Shown here: positions 49,171-61,160 of the stretch, piece by piece
Layout of the letters: every line of letters begins with the position of its first letter
Position numbering within the stretch: position 1 is the first letter of the stretch
Source: Callorhinchus milii
Taxonomy: Eukaryota
Assembly (NCBI RefSeq): GCF_018977255.1
Contig: NW_024704743.1
Location: forward strand, 24,988,001 to 25,052,000
Reading direction: 5' to 3'
Length of the DNA stretch: 64,000 nt
The notes under the pieces: model-generated
What the model saw: only the letters and a program-made list of their open reading frames with translations
Told to the model about the DNA's origin: nothing
Database searches by the model: none
Program-made: the position numbers and the translations under genes

Positions 49171-50114
49171 TCACATTTAATAATAATAATAATAATTGGA
49201 GTGGGCGTAAGACAATGTGCAGAGGAGGTGGTTGGTAGTGGAGAAGATCATGCCTGATACCGACTTTAGACTTTAATGATCGGAGGTAACTGATTTAGCA
49301 GGGGGACTTGCACCCGTAGCAATCAGTTTGAGATTTTGTCAAAGTCGAGGTGTATGTAGAAGCAAGAGAGTCATTGAGAAGCTAAATAGATGTGTTGAGA
49401 TTATGATAAGCGGAGGGCTGGAGGAAGACTCCATTGTGTTTGTCAGTCAAAGAGAGGGATCCTCTATTTCCAAGGTTGGAAGGAATTAGTCCTGCAAATA
49501 GGGAAATAAGAGAGAAAATAATAATTGCATTTGATACAGTGCTTTATCATGTTTTCGAGACATTTCAAAGCTCTTCACAACATATACTGTAAAGTGAATT
49601 GACTACATTTTGTGGGCGAAACAAGATGACAAACAGTCCAAGATAGATTTTTTTGGAGATAGAGATCTCAGAAATGAAGATAATGGGGTTTATAAAATAT
49701 AATTATAACAATTTGTTGACCTTAATTAAGAACTGTTTAAACATATTTCTTTGTTTCATTCTATTGGTAAAAGCATATTCCTAGTTTAAGGGATACAGTT
49801 AAATCCAGAGCAAAATTAATACATAGTTTATTTATTAAAGCCTGTTAGTGCATTACAAAGCTGTAACTTATACATGTCTCTGGGGAATAAATTGGACGTT
49901 TCAATGTTTTCCATTATATTTATGTGTGCTATAGCTTTTTAAATACAGAATTATATATTTTGGCAAGTATCATACTCAAATGTTATGTTTTTACCAACTA
50001 TGTCTTCAAGACAGTTTAAACTCAGATAACTAGAAATCTTAAATAATTTCAACTAGGTGATCAAATTCACAAGGATATCTTAATGTCAAATTCTACAACT
50101 CATTATTGTTGGAT

Positions 50115-51045
50115 CCTTTCCAAGGTCCTGGAATGAGTCATTGCTTCCCAGCTTTGCCCACAGCACAGAAATAGCTTTGGTCAAAGTGACAAATGTTATT
50201 TTGTCCATCTGTGACCAGGACTCCCTCTGCCTCCTCGTCCTCCTTGACCTCTCTGCTGCCTTCGATATCGTGGACCACTCAATTCTCCTCCAACGCCTCT
50301 CCTCTCACCTCAACCTTCATGGTTCTGTCCTTGAATGGTTCCGATCCTGCCTCGCACGCCACCTCCACTTCATCTCCACAAACGGTTTCTCCTCTAGTCT
50401 CTGCAACATCGCCCAGCTCCGCCACTGCCTCACACCACAGGCCGCCGAAACCCTCATATACGCATTCATAACATCTAGGCTTGACAATCCAAACTCCCTG
50501 CTTGTCAGCTTCCCCAACTCCTCCCTGCATAGGCTGCAGATCATCCAGAACTCTGCAGCCCGTGTCCTCTCCCGCACCAGGCTCCGTGACCCTATCACAC
50601 TCATTCTTGCCCAACTCCATTGGCTTCCCATCACAGAGGATACAGTTCAAGATCCTGGTCCTTTCAAAGCCCTCCATGACCTCGCTCCCCCTTACCTCTG
50701 CGATCTCCTAAACCCCTACCAACCTGCCCACTCCCTCTGCTCAGCGGGCTCCAGCCTGCTTCACATCCCCCGCCTCGCCCACCCCACCATTGGTGGACGG
50801 GCCTTCAGCCACTCTGCCCCCACCCTCTGGAACTCCATCCCACAGAACCTCCACTATCTCCTTCCCATACCTCCTTCAAGACCCATCTCAAGAACTCTCC
50901 TCTTAGACCGTGCCTTCGGTCACCTTCCTTGGACCCTGCACTGCACCCTCCCTGATCCCAACCACCAGCTTGGGTCCGAAAAACTGATTGTCCTGCGCCT
51001 TGGGACATCCTCCCAGAGTGAAAGGCACTATACAAATGTAATTTT
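50115..51045 (+). mobile_element. L2 LINE RT fragment with internal deletion
   Basis: HSTEIALVKVTN...LLVLLDLSAAFDIVDH...EWFRSCL joined to NIAQLRHCL...SRLD. Confidence 0.92.
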
Positions 51046-51364
51046 CTGTTTGAAAATTGCTAATCTGTGCAACTGATTTGTGACGTATGCGGCTTGGAGC
51101 ACCAAGTGCTGCATGTTTTTATTGTTAGTCACAATTGTATTACATTTTTGTACACAGAGTACCATTAAACAGTGTTACAAAAGACAGGGAACCTATTCAG
51201 CATTATTATATTCAGTATGACTTATAGATACCCTTCACAAAGTGTAAAATCGAAAAACATTGACTGGGAAAGTACAAAACATCTGCAAACAGAATAATAT
51301 ATTTATACTATTTTTACCATCTTAATTATAACTAGATCCTGCCCAACCTCAGCGTACTTGTTTA

Positions 51365-51656
51365 GTCAGCTGGGTGTCTGACACATGCAGAAACCCATCA
51401 CCAATCTTAAAAGTATCCAAACCAATCTACGCAGAAATTCTAGAGATGTTTATTGGAATGGAATGCGTACCCCAACACACGGTCTTGGCTCCTGACAACT
51501 TGCACCTAATATTTTCTGAAATGAAACAGGATGTGTCCCTCCAGGGAGAGTGTGCATCTATTCCAATAAATATCTCTGAAATTTTCATGTACAGTTTGGT
51601 TTGGATACATTTAAGCATGGTGATGGGTTTCCGCACTTGTCAGACACCCAGCTGAC
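51365..51656. repeat. Fold-back: ~105-bp inverted arms around a ~70-bp spacer
   Basis: GTCAGCTGGGTGTCTGACA...AAACCCATCACCA versus TGGTGATGGGTTT...TGTCAGACACCCAGCTGAC. Confidence 0.9.
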
Positions 51657-52234
51657 CAAAAAAAAGATAGAAACCACAATTGCATTCTGGAACACTGATG
51701 GAATATGTGCCTTGGAGAGTCCTGTTGACCAGCACTGGGAGGGCAACTCCAAGGTGAGTTGGTGAGTTGGAGGTTTCTGTAAGATCCTCATTGTTCTCCA
51801 TTCCCCTTCCCTTCCTCAGAATAGCTCTTAGGAACTCATCATTGATGCCATCTGCTCCAGGTGCCATTAGCAATACTCTGCAATGCTGAGTCTACCTCCT
51901 CTCAACGGATTGGGTCAATCAGGCCTTCAATCTGCTCCATGCCTCACTTCAACTCTTCCAAACTCCATGGAGATGAATCTTTGCTATGGCCTGTTGAGCC
52001 AGACTCCAACTTTGCTTGGTGCTACATATTATTAGTATTATTGTCTAACACTGAAACCAGCCCTGTTTGACAACAGACTTCAGTCAGCGGAAGAAAGATT
52101 TATTTAGGATTGTTCTTGCATAGTTGGTGCGATCAATGACTGCATGTATCTGTGCCAACATAGCTTTCAACTCTCTCCAGAACAATTGAAATGCATCTCC
52201 TACCCACAATACTAATGCTAAAAATATGTTGTAC

Positions 52235-52520
52235 AGAACTGTGTTTGACTTGGTTCAGGTGACAGCACTCTCAACTCTGGGTCCGAAGTTTGTGAGTTGT
52301 CCCATGTTTGGTTTTGATCTCATGGTCCAGTTAGTGCATTATTAGGGACACACTGCATTGTTGGAGGTGCTGTCTGTTGCGGTAGCTGTTAAACTGAGGT
52401 CACGTCTGCCTGTCCCAGTGGACATTAAAGATTTGTGACACTATTTGAAAAGAAGGGAGTTTGTGCCAATGACTTGGTCGGCAATACTCCAGATAAATAG
52501 GACTGGTCACTGATCTCCAC
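52235..52520 (+). mobile_element. Old SacSINE1-like DeuSINE relic
   Basis: tRNA-like head followed by GCATTGTTGGAGGTGCTGTC...TTAAACTGAGG...GTGGACATTAAAGAT...CACTATTTGAA. Confidence 0.65.
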
Positions 52521-53064
52521 TTAAAGGACTTTGCTATTTAAGCAACAAACAATATTGATTTTGAATGAAGAATATTTTGAAAGCAGCGTTGACCTTGTAA
52601 CTGAAGAGCACCCCTTTACATTGCAGAATAGGACAAAGCATCAAAAAGCATCATGTCTCTGTTGAGTAGCCTCAAACGCATTGTATGTAACTAAAGAGTG
52701 ACCAGTAAATTAGGGAATTGTAACAATGGTGGCTAAGTAGCTGTTGGGAATTCTGAGATATGTTTTTTGTAAAGATTGGCTTCAAGACAATTGATATGGG
52801 TTTGTTATTGGTTAGTTAGGCAAAGTTTTTGTTCCTAAGAGTCAGATGCTGGATTTGAGAAACGTCTGCGGGCCGGATAAGCAATATTTAATATTTCTGT
52901 GTTTCCATTCCAGAAACATGATCCATAAGAATCATATAGGAATCCTATATTTTAAATTGTGTAACTGTATTACTTAATTTCACTGTATCTTAGTTACAAT
53001 GCAAACTTTAAATAGGCAATGTAAAAATTCATACAAATTTTAAAGCAATAATACAACCAGCGAC

Positions 53065-53235
53065 AAGGCTGTCTCTTTGTGTCTCTCTCTGTTTGTGTGT
53101 CTTGTATCTGTCTTGCCCTCTCTCTGTGGCTTTGTATTTGTCTGTCTGTTTGTCTCTGTATCTGTCTCTCTGTCTGTGTGTGTGTGTCTCTCTCTGTGTC
53201 TATGTCTCTTTGTTTCTCTCTCTCTGAATCTCTCT
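53065..53235. repeat. (TC/TG/TCTG)n low-complexity tract
   Basis: Visible directly. Confidence 0.85.
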
Positions 53236-53516
53236 CCTGTTGATTGACTGGCACCTCGTGCCATTGTTTTTCCCATTGGGTCAGACCGAGCCTGGGCATC
53301 GGACACCCAGTATGACCGTGTTCGCATTCTGGATGAAATCATCTCCCAGGCTGGATGTGGCCTGCGGGCCACCAGTTGGACCACCCTGAGTTAGGGAAAT
53401 GTTAGAATGACAATGTTATTGCAGCTATCCAGAAAGCAGAAATGTATTTGTTAGGTGAATGTTTTATTCATTGTGAATAAAGTATATTTTTAATAATCCT
53501 TGAACTTGACATAACA

Positions 53517-53830
53517 AGTCCTGTAGCTCAGTGGTTAGAGCGCTCGCCTCACAAGCGAGAGACCTGGGTTTGATTCCTGGAAGGGCGAAACCTTGGGCAA
53601 GTTTCCTTACTCCACATGCCTGATAATAATCCCTCAAGAAAAAAAATAATAAGTTGGTCACTTCAATCCACGACTATTTGTGGAACACTGTTGTGCGCAA
53701 TTGGCTGCCCCGTTTTGCTCACAAAATATACAGTCGATTCACTTTAGAGTATACTCTGTGAAGCCCTTTGAGATGACTAGAAGATGTGAAAAGCGCTATA
53801 TCAAATGCAAGGATTATTATTACTATTATT
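53517..53830 (+). mobile_element. tRNA-derived Deu-domain SINE, short variant (tail type B)
   Basis: Full-length copy. Confidence 0.9.
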
Positions 53831-54754
53831 AAGTCTAAATGGCTCAAAATATGTTTATTGTTGTAAAGTGTATTGAATTGGTGGCGAGGATACCAGAAAA
53901 ATTCATTTTGCTCTTGGAATAACTCCATGGCACCTTTAACCTGAACAGGCAGACAAGTACTTGGTTATATTCTTATCCAAAGGATGGTACCTCAGACAAT
54001 ACAGCACTCCCCCATCACTTACTGGACCTGTTTTCCCAACCACCCTTCCTAATCCTTCCAATATTTTATATACTAGAAGTACGTTCACTGAGATTTTTTC
54101 TAGACTCTGCATTTGGTCCATTTTAGACACCAGCGGTCTGAGACACTACCTCGCCTGAAAGGCGCAATAGAGTATGAATGCAAGTTGTTTTGCGATATTA
54201 CTGGAGAAATGTATGCTCTGGCAGATGGAGCCACACACTTTGAGACATCCTGTCTGTATTATGCTAATACCTTTCCAAATTGTGGTGGGAAGCACTTATT
54301 CTTTTGAATCCCCTTGGTCTTCATAGTCATTGTGTTTTTTAATTTGTTATTTTTCATTATAAATATATATGCATTGTCCATATATATGAAGTGTTGTAGG
54401 GGAGGGAATGAGTCACTGTGCATTTAATCAGCCCTGTGCCAAGTAGATATCATAACATGTTATTAAGGCAGGGGTGGGAGTGAAGAAATTGATAAGAAAG
54501 TAATCCCAATCATTGCACTGATGACATTATGTTCTTGGTATATAGAATAAAACAAACTGATGAGTGCCATTTGCAAAATAATTCAGAAGTACAAGTGGCT
54601 TACATAAGTGATGACACAAGGACTTTGTTTCCTGTAAATCACCAGTTCTTAATTTTCATTCTATTTGAACAACAAACACAATAAAAAGTAATGTTTTATG
54701 TTTAAAAGTAAAACAAAATACATAACAGGTCAATCATCAACTGAAAGAGAAACA

Positions 54755-55830
54755 TAACAACAACTTGGACTTATATAGTGGCATCCATGCAGGGTAGGGT
54801 CCCAGAGCACTTAACAATGGAGGAGCCTGACTCCGAGCCGAGGGGAGGGGGTGGCGAAGTGACCATAAACATAGTCGAAGAGAAAGGTTTTAAGGCGGGA
54901 CTTGAAAAAGGGGAGAGTGGGTAAGGCGAAGGGATTGAAGGAGAGTGTTCCAAAGTTTTGGGGTGTAGTAGCTGAAAGCGCGACCTCCAATGGTGGAGCG
55001 GAGGGTGCGAGGGACAAGCAGAAGGTCAGTGCCAGTTGAGTGGAGGTGCCGAGTTGTGGATTTGGTAATGAGGAGGTCGAAGAGGTAGGGAGGTGCCAGG
55101 GAGTGAAGTGATTTCAACACGAGTGTGAGGATCCTGAAAACAATCCGTTCGGCGATGGGGAGTGGGTGGAGCCTGGCCAGAACTGGTAAGACGTGGGTAC
55201 GGAGTTTGGTCGTGTATGGGTCGTGTTTGGTAAGTGTATGGGCGGCAGAGTTCTGAATGAGTTGGATTTTTTGAATGATGGAACTGGGGAGACCAGCGAG
55301 GAGTGCGTTTGAATAATCCAGGCGGGAGGTGGCAAACACATGCCCGAGGGTTTGAGTTGCATTTTGGGTAAGGTACGGTTGGAGGTGGGTAATGTGGAGG
55401 AGGTGGAGGAAGGGATCCTGGTCAGGGAGGAAGTGGGGGAGGAAGATCAGTTGGGAGTCGAACCGGATGCCTAGATTGCGCACTGATTCGGTGAGTGTGA
55501 GGGAGAGCCCAGGGAGGTTGAGAAGTTGAGAAGTTCACATCTGCAGGAGTGAAGACGTTGATGGGAGCCAAAGAGTATTACTTCCATCTTGTCCACACTC
55601 TGATGTCTGCCAGACAAGCTGATAGAACATCGGTGGACCTGGATTTGGCACTGGGGGAGGCAAAGTAGATTTGCGTGTCATCCACATACATGTGGAAGCT
55701 TTCCCTGTGTCTGCGGATGACATCGCCAAAAGGAAGCATATAGATTAGGAAAAGAAGGGGGGCCAAGGATGGAGCCCTAAGGTGCCCCGGAGGTGACCGA
55801 GGGGTTTTCAGGGTGAGTGGAAACATAGTT
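54755..55830 (-). mobile_element. L2 LINE 3' ~1.1 kb
   Basis: PLLFLIYMLPFGDVIRRH...FHMYVDDTQIY and RNLGIRFD...TSRLDYSNALLAGLP. Confidence 0.92.
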
Positions 55831-56654
55831 CAGGTATGAGCCTTCAGCAGAACGGCTGTAACATCTTACAGATTTCGAATTTATTTTACAAGACGAATTT
55901 AAATTGATATAGTGCCTGTCACATTGGGAGGATATCCCAAAGTGCTGATGGCATTTTATAATATATTTTATTTTAGGGTTTATTGCCAGGCTTTGGCACA
56001 TTAGATGAGGTCATGTTCTATATCAACATATTATGATATGATTGATTTTTTTTAAATTGGATTTTTGGGACCACAACTGCTTTATTCAAAACCTTAATGA
56101 AATCTTTATACAGCAACTAGGCCAGGATCGTGCCTTCCATAAGAACAGATAAGAAACGTGTAACCCTCTGAACTCAAATTTTAGTCAATTACAGGTGAAG
56201 ATATTCCGCCCTTTCTTCCAAAAACGAAAGGGATCCAATCGAAGCAAAAGTCAAGACATACAGATTGAGAAATACATTTTATCTATCTCACCTTCCCACT
56301 CTATTTAACTGAGAGAAAGTACTTCTGATGTTAAATATTTTTAAGTAACCAATGGAGGGAAGGTAACTACAGTAGCTAGGTGTCAGCTGGGTTCAGACGC
56401 TAGAAATCTTTTGCCCCTGGGTTTGGTCGCACAAGTTGAGCCTCAATTCAAACATTTTTATGGGAAACGACAGTGGGGTGTCTCAAAAGATATTGAGAGA
56501 AAATGGGAGACTTAAAGAAAAATAGAGATAGAGGGAGAGAGACTTCCTAAATTTCGCCCACAAAATATCCAGTCAAATCTACTTTATAGTATATTGTGTG
56601 AAGTGCTTTGAGACGTATCGAAGACGTGATAAGGCGCTATATCAAACGCAAGAC

Positions 56655-59240
56655 TGAGAAAAATAAAGAAATGTAGAAAGATAGAGACAGGGAAAGAAAA
56701 CAGAGAGACAGGGAGAGAAAAGAGAGACGGAAAAAGAGAGAGAAAACGAAGTTAAGAGAGATAAGAGAAAAAAAGAGATACAGAGAGAAAAACAGGAATA
56801 GAAAAGAGAGAAAAAAACCACAGCGAAACAGAGGGGAAAAGATGGAGAGAAAGTGAGATGAGAGAGAAAAAAAAACAGAAAGAAATAAAGAGAGAAAATA
56901 AGAGTGAGAGATTAGAAACAGGAGAGCGAGAGAGAATAAGAGAGATAGAAGAGAGAGGGAGGGAGAAGAAGAGATAGAAGAGAGAGGGAGAAAAAAAGAG
57001 ATAGAAGAGAGAGGGAGAAGAAAAGAGATAGAAGAGAGAGAGAGGGGGAGAAAAAAAGAGATAGAAGAGGGAGGGAGGGAGAAAAAAAGAGATAGAAGAG
57101 AGAGGGAGGGAGAAAAAAAGAGATAGAAGAGAGAGGGAGCAGAAAAGAGATAGAAGAGAGAGGGGGAGAAAAAGAGATAGAAGAGAGGGAGGGAGAAAAA
57201 AAGAGACAGAAGAGGGAGAGAAAAAAAGAGATAGAAGAGAGAGGAAGAAAAAAAGAGATAGAAGAGAAAGGGAGAAAAAAAGAGATAGAAGAGAGAGGGA
57301 GAAAAAAAGAGAGAGAGGGAGGGAGAAAAAAAGAGATAGAAGAGAGAGGGAGAAAAAAAGAGATAGAAGAGAGAGGGAGAAAAAAAGAGATAGAAGAGAG
57401 AAGGAGAAGAAAAGAGAGAGAGAGGGAGGGAGAAAAAAATAGATAGGAGAGAGAGGGAGAAGAAAAGAGATAGAAGAGAGGGAGGGAGAAGAAAAGAGAT
57501 AGAAGAGAGAGAAAAAAAGAGATAGAAGAGAGAGGGAGAAGAAAAGAGATAGAAGAGAGAGAGAGAAGAAAAGAGATAGAAGAGAGAGGGGGAAGAAAAG
57601 AGATAGAAGAGAGAGGGAGAAGAAAAGAGATAGAAGAGAGGGAGGGAGAAGAAAAGAGATAGAAGAGAGGGAGGGAGAAGAAAAGAGATAGAAGAGAGAG
57701 AAAAAAAGAGATAGAAGAGAGAGTGAGAAGAAAAGAGATAGAAGAGAGAGGGAGAAGAAAAGAGATAGAAGAGAGAGGGGGAAGAAAAGAGATAGAAGAG
57801 AGAGGGGGAAGAAAAGAGATAGAAGAGAGAGGGAGAAGAAAAGAGATAGAAGAGAGAGAGAGAAAAAAAGAGATAGAAGAGAGAGGGAGAAGAAAAGAGA
57901 TAGAAGAGAGAGAGAGAAAAAAAGAGATAGAAGAGAGAGGGAGAAGAAAAGAGATAGGAGAGAGAGGGAGAAAAAAGAGATAGAAGAGAGAGAGAGAGAG
58001 AAAAAAAGAGATAGAAGAGAGAGTGAGAAGAAAAGAGATAGAAGAGAGAGGGGGAAGAAAAGAGATAGAAGAGAGAGGGAGAAGAAAAGAGATAGAAGAG
58101 AGAGGGAGAAAAAAAGAGATAGAAGAGAGAGTGAGAAGAAAAGAGATAGAAGAGAGAGGGAGAAGAAAAGAGATAGAAGAGAGAGGGAGAAAAAAAGAGA
58201 TAGAAGAGAGAGTGAGAAGAAAAAAGATAGAAGAGAGAGGAAGAAAAAAAGAGATAGAAGAGAGAGTGAGAAGAAAAGAGATAGAAGAGAGAGGGAGAAA
58301 AAAAGAGATAGAAGAGAGAGGGAGAAAAAAAGAGATAGAAGAGAGAGGGAGAAAAAAAGAGATAGAAGAGAGAGGGAGAAAAAAAGAGATAGAAGAGAGA
58401 GGGAGAAGAAAAGAGATAGAAGAGAGAGGGAGAAGAAAAGAGATAGAAGAGAGAGGGAGAAGAAAAGAGATAGAAGAGAGAGAGGGAGAAGAAAAGAGAT
58501 AGAAGAGAGAGGGAGAAGAAAAGAGATAGAAGAGAGAGGGAGAAGAAAAGAGATAGAAGAGAGAGGGAGAAGAAAAGAGATAGAAGAGAGAGGGAGAAGA
58601 AAAGAGATAGAAGAGAGAGGGAGAAGAAAAGAGATAGAAGAGAGAGGGAGAAGAAAAGAGATAGAAGAGAGAGGGAGAAAAAAAGAGATAGAAGAGAGAG
58701 GGAGAAAAAAGAGATAGAAGAGAGAGGGAGAAAAAAAGAGATAGAAGAGAGAGGGAGAAGAAAAGAGATAGAAGAGAGAGGGAGAAGAAAAGAGATAGAA
58801 GAGAGAGGGAGAAGAAAAGAGATAGGAGAGAGAGGGAGAAAAAAGAGATAGAAGAGAGAGGGAGAAAAAAAGAGATAGAAGAGAGAGGGAGAAAAAAAGA
58901 GATAGAAGAGAGAGGGAGAAGAAAAGAGAGAAGAGAGAGGGAGAAGAAAAGAGATAGAAGAGAGAGGGAGAAGAAAAGAGATAGAAGAGAGAGGGAGAAG
59001 AAAAGAGATAGAAGAGAGAGGGAGAAGAAAAGAGATAGAAGAGAGAGGGAGAAGAAAAGAGATAGAAGAGAGAGGGAGAAGAAAAGAGATAGAAGAGAGA
59101 GGGAGAAAAAAAGAGAGAGAGAGAGAGGGAGAAGAAAAGAGATAGAAGAGAGAGGGAGAAGAAAAGAGATAGAAGAGAGAGGGAGAAGAAAAGAGATAGA
59201 AGAGAGAGGGGGAGAGAGAGGGAAGAAAGAGATGAGAAAA
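56655..59240. repeat. Polypurine tract with 27-bp minisatellite core (GAGATAGAAGAGAGAGGGAGAAGAAAA)n, ~56940-59210
   Basis: 9-aa periodic ORFs (RRKEIEERG) confirm the 27-nt period; length/27 gives roughly 84 units. Confidence 0.97.
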
Positions 59241-59289
59241 CGAGAGACGAGCGATGGGGAAAATGACAGTTGAAGACACAGCTGGAGAG

Positions 59290-59720
59290 ACACCTCAGGG
59301 CGCGCGCGCGCGAGCTCGGCAGTACGTCACACGTCACGTCACGCAGGCCGCAGGAGCTCCCCATTGGTCGGCGGGGAGGAGGTGGGGGCGGGGTCGAGAC
59401 GGGACGGGGACGGGAACGGGGGCGCGGACAGAGCGCGGCGCCGCGAAGGGGCCGTTCATTGCAATCCGGAATAAAGGGCGAGAGGCGAGCGGAGCGGCAC
59501 AGGGAGCGGAGCCGGGACCATGCGCTTCTAGAGCGGCCACAGCCGGCGCCGTGTTCGGTTCCCACACGACCCCTCCCTCCCTCCTCCTCATCATCATCTC
59601 CTCCTCCTCCTCCCTCCCCCGCCCCGCGCGAGGACAATAACAAAGGGCGGCGCGCGCCATGTGCGGGGCTCCCGCTCGTGCAGACAGGCGGCTGGTGACC
59701 TGCCTGTGAGGCACCCGCCA
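59290..59720 (+). promoter_or_regulatory. MTURN: CpG-island promoter of MTURN
   Basis: Very CpG-rich; (CG)6 at 59301-59312, three ACGTCA CRE half-sites (59324-59341), ATTGG (59363-59367), GC box (59385-59393). Confidence 0.75.
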
Positions 59721-59724
59721 GCCC

Positions 59725-60205
59725 TCTCCCTCACTCCCTCACTCATCCCTCATTGACTGACTCCCTCACTGACTCCCTCCCTCTCTCCCTCACTGATTGA
59801 CTCACTCACTAACTCCCTCCCTCCCTCACTGACTGACTCCCTCATTGACTGACTGACTCACTCCCTCACTGACTCCCTCCCTCATTGACTGACTCCCTCC
59901 ATCACTGACTGACTAACTGACTCCCTCACTGACTCCCTCCCTCACTGACTCCCTCCCTCATTGACTGACTCCCTCCATCACTGACTGACTAACTGACTCC
60001 CTCCCTCACTGACTCCCTCCCTCATTGACTGACTCCCTCCCTCACTGACTCCCTCCCTCATTGACTGACTCCCTCACTGACTGACTCCCTCCCTCATTGA
60101 CTGACTCCCTCCCTCACTGACTCCCTCCATCACTCCCTCCCTCCCTCCCCCGGTGACTGGCTGACTGGCTGACTGACTGCCTCCCCAGCCAGAGCAGCCT
60201 CTCTC

Positions 60206-60243
<38 letters not shown>
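59725..60243. repeat. (ACTG/CCCT/CACT)n tract ending in (CT)n(CA)n
   Basis: Visible directly. Confidence 0.92.
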
Positions 60244-60259
60244 GTGTGTTCACCGCAAC

Positions 60260-60421
60260 ATGGATTTCCAGCAGTTTGTCGACATTGCAGACAAATGGTG
60301 CTATAACACCCCGTTCGAGCTCATCGCCACCGAGGAGGCCGAGAGCCGCCTCGATTTCTACGCCGATCCTGGGGTTTCGTTCTACGTCTTGTGCCCCGAC
60401 AGCGACTTCAGAGATAATTTC
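60260..60421 (+). CDS. MTURN: Maturin (neural progenitor differentiation regulator, C7orf41), first coding exon
   Basis: MDFQQFVDIADKWCYNTPFELIATEEAESRLDFYADPGVSFYVLCPDSDFRDNF|GTGAGT matches the maturin N-terminus (MDFQQLADVAEKWCSNTPFELIATEE...). No further exon seen in the window. Confidence 0.95.
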
Positions 60422-60481
60422 GTGAGTATTGTTTTAAAGGAGAGGGGTTGGGGGTTGGGGGGGGGGATGTTTATATATATT

Positions 60482-60806
60482 CTGCTCTCCCCCACCATCC
60501 TCTCTCTCTCTCCCCCCCTCTCCCCTCTCCCCCTTCCCCCCCCTCTCCCCTCCCTCCCCCCCCCTCTCCCCTCCCCCTCTCCCCTCCCCCCATCTTCCTT
60601 CCCTCCCCCCCTCCCCCCCTCCTCCCCCTCTCCCTCCCCCATCTTCCTTCCCTCCCCCCCTCCCCCTCCTCCTCCCCTCTCCCCCCCATCTTCCTTCCCT
60701 CCCCCTCCTCCCCCCTCTCCTCTTCCTTCCCTCCCCCCTCTCCCCTCCTCCTCTCTTCCTTCCCTCCCCCCCTCTTCCCTTCCCTCCCCCCCTCTCCCCC
60801 CTCCTC
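60482..60806. repeat. C-rich polypyrimidine tract (MTURN intron)
   Basis: Visible directly. Confidence 0.92.
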
Positions 60807-61037
60807 CATCGATGTAAATCAATGAGGATTTGGGTGTGATTTAAGTCCCCACACGTCCCGCTGGAAGTGCGCCACTTTTGTGTACGTGTTGCCAGGACCA
60901 CCTGAACCCCTCTGATGTGATGTGATGTCTGTGTCTGTGTCTGTCTGTCTCCCTTATCGCAGCTGTTCGTGGCTCCCATCACACGCTCATTTCCAGGAGG
61001 ATGAGCCCCACAGTGGGTCTGGAGCCAATTTATATAT

Positions 61038-61160
61038 ACTGTGTGTGTGTATTATGTTGTATATGTGTCTATATATATGTGTGTATATATACACACACAT
61101 ATGTATATACACACGTATACATACATGTATATGTATATACACATTGCACATACATACACT
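61038..61160. repeat. (TG/TA/CA)n alternating purine-pyrimidine tract
   Basis: Visible directly. Confidence 0.85.

Noticed and set aside
56940..59210. CRISPR-like array
   Set aside because: Units are contiguous with no unique spacers, no cas genes, and the context is eukaryotic.
56637..59643. 793-963 aa Leu/Ser/Phe-rich minus-strand ORFs and RRKEIEERG plus-strand ORFs
   Set aside because: Stop-free translations of the 27-bp purine minisatellite in several frames; no coding evidence.
60422..60817. Pro-rich C-terminus of the 185-aa MTURN ORF
   Set aside because: Read-through past the GTGAGT donor into a C-rich intron.
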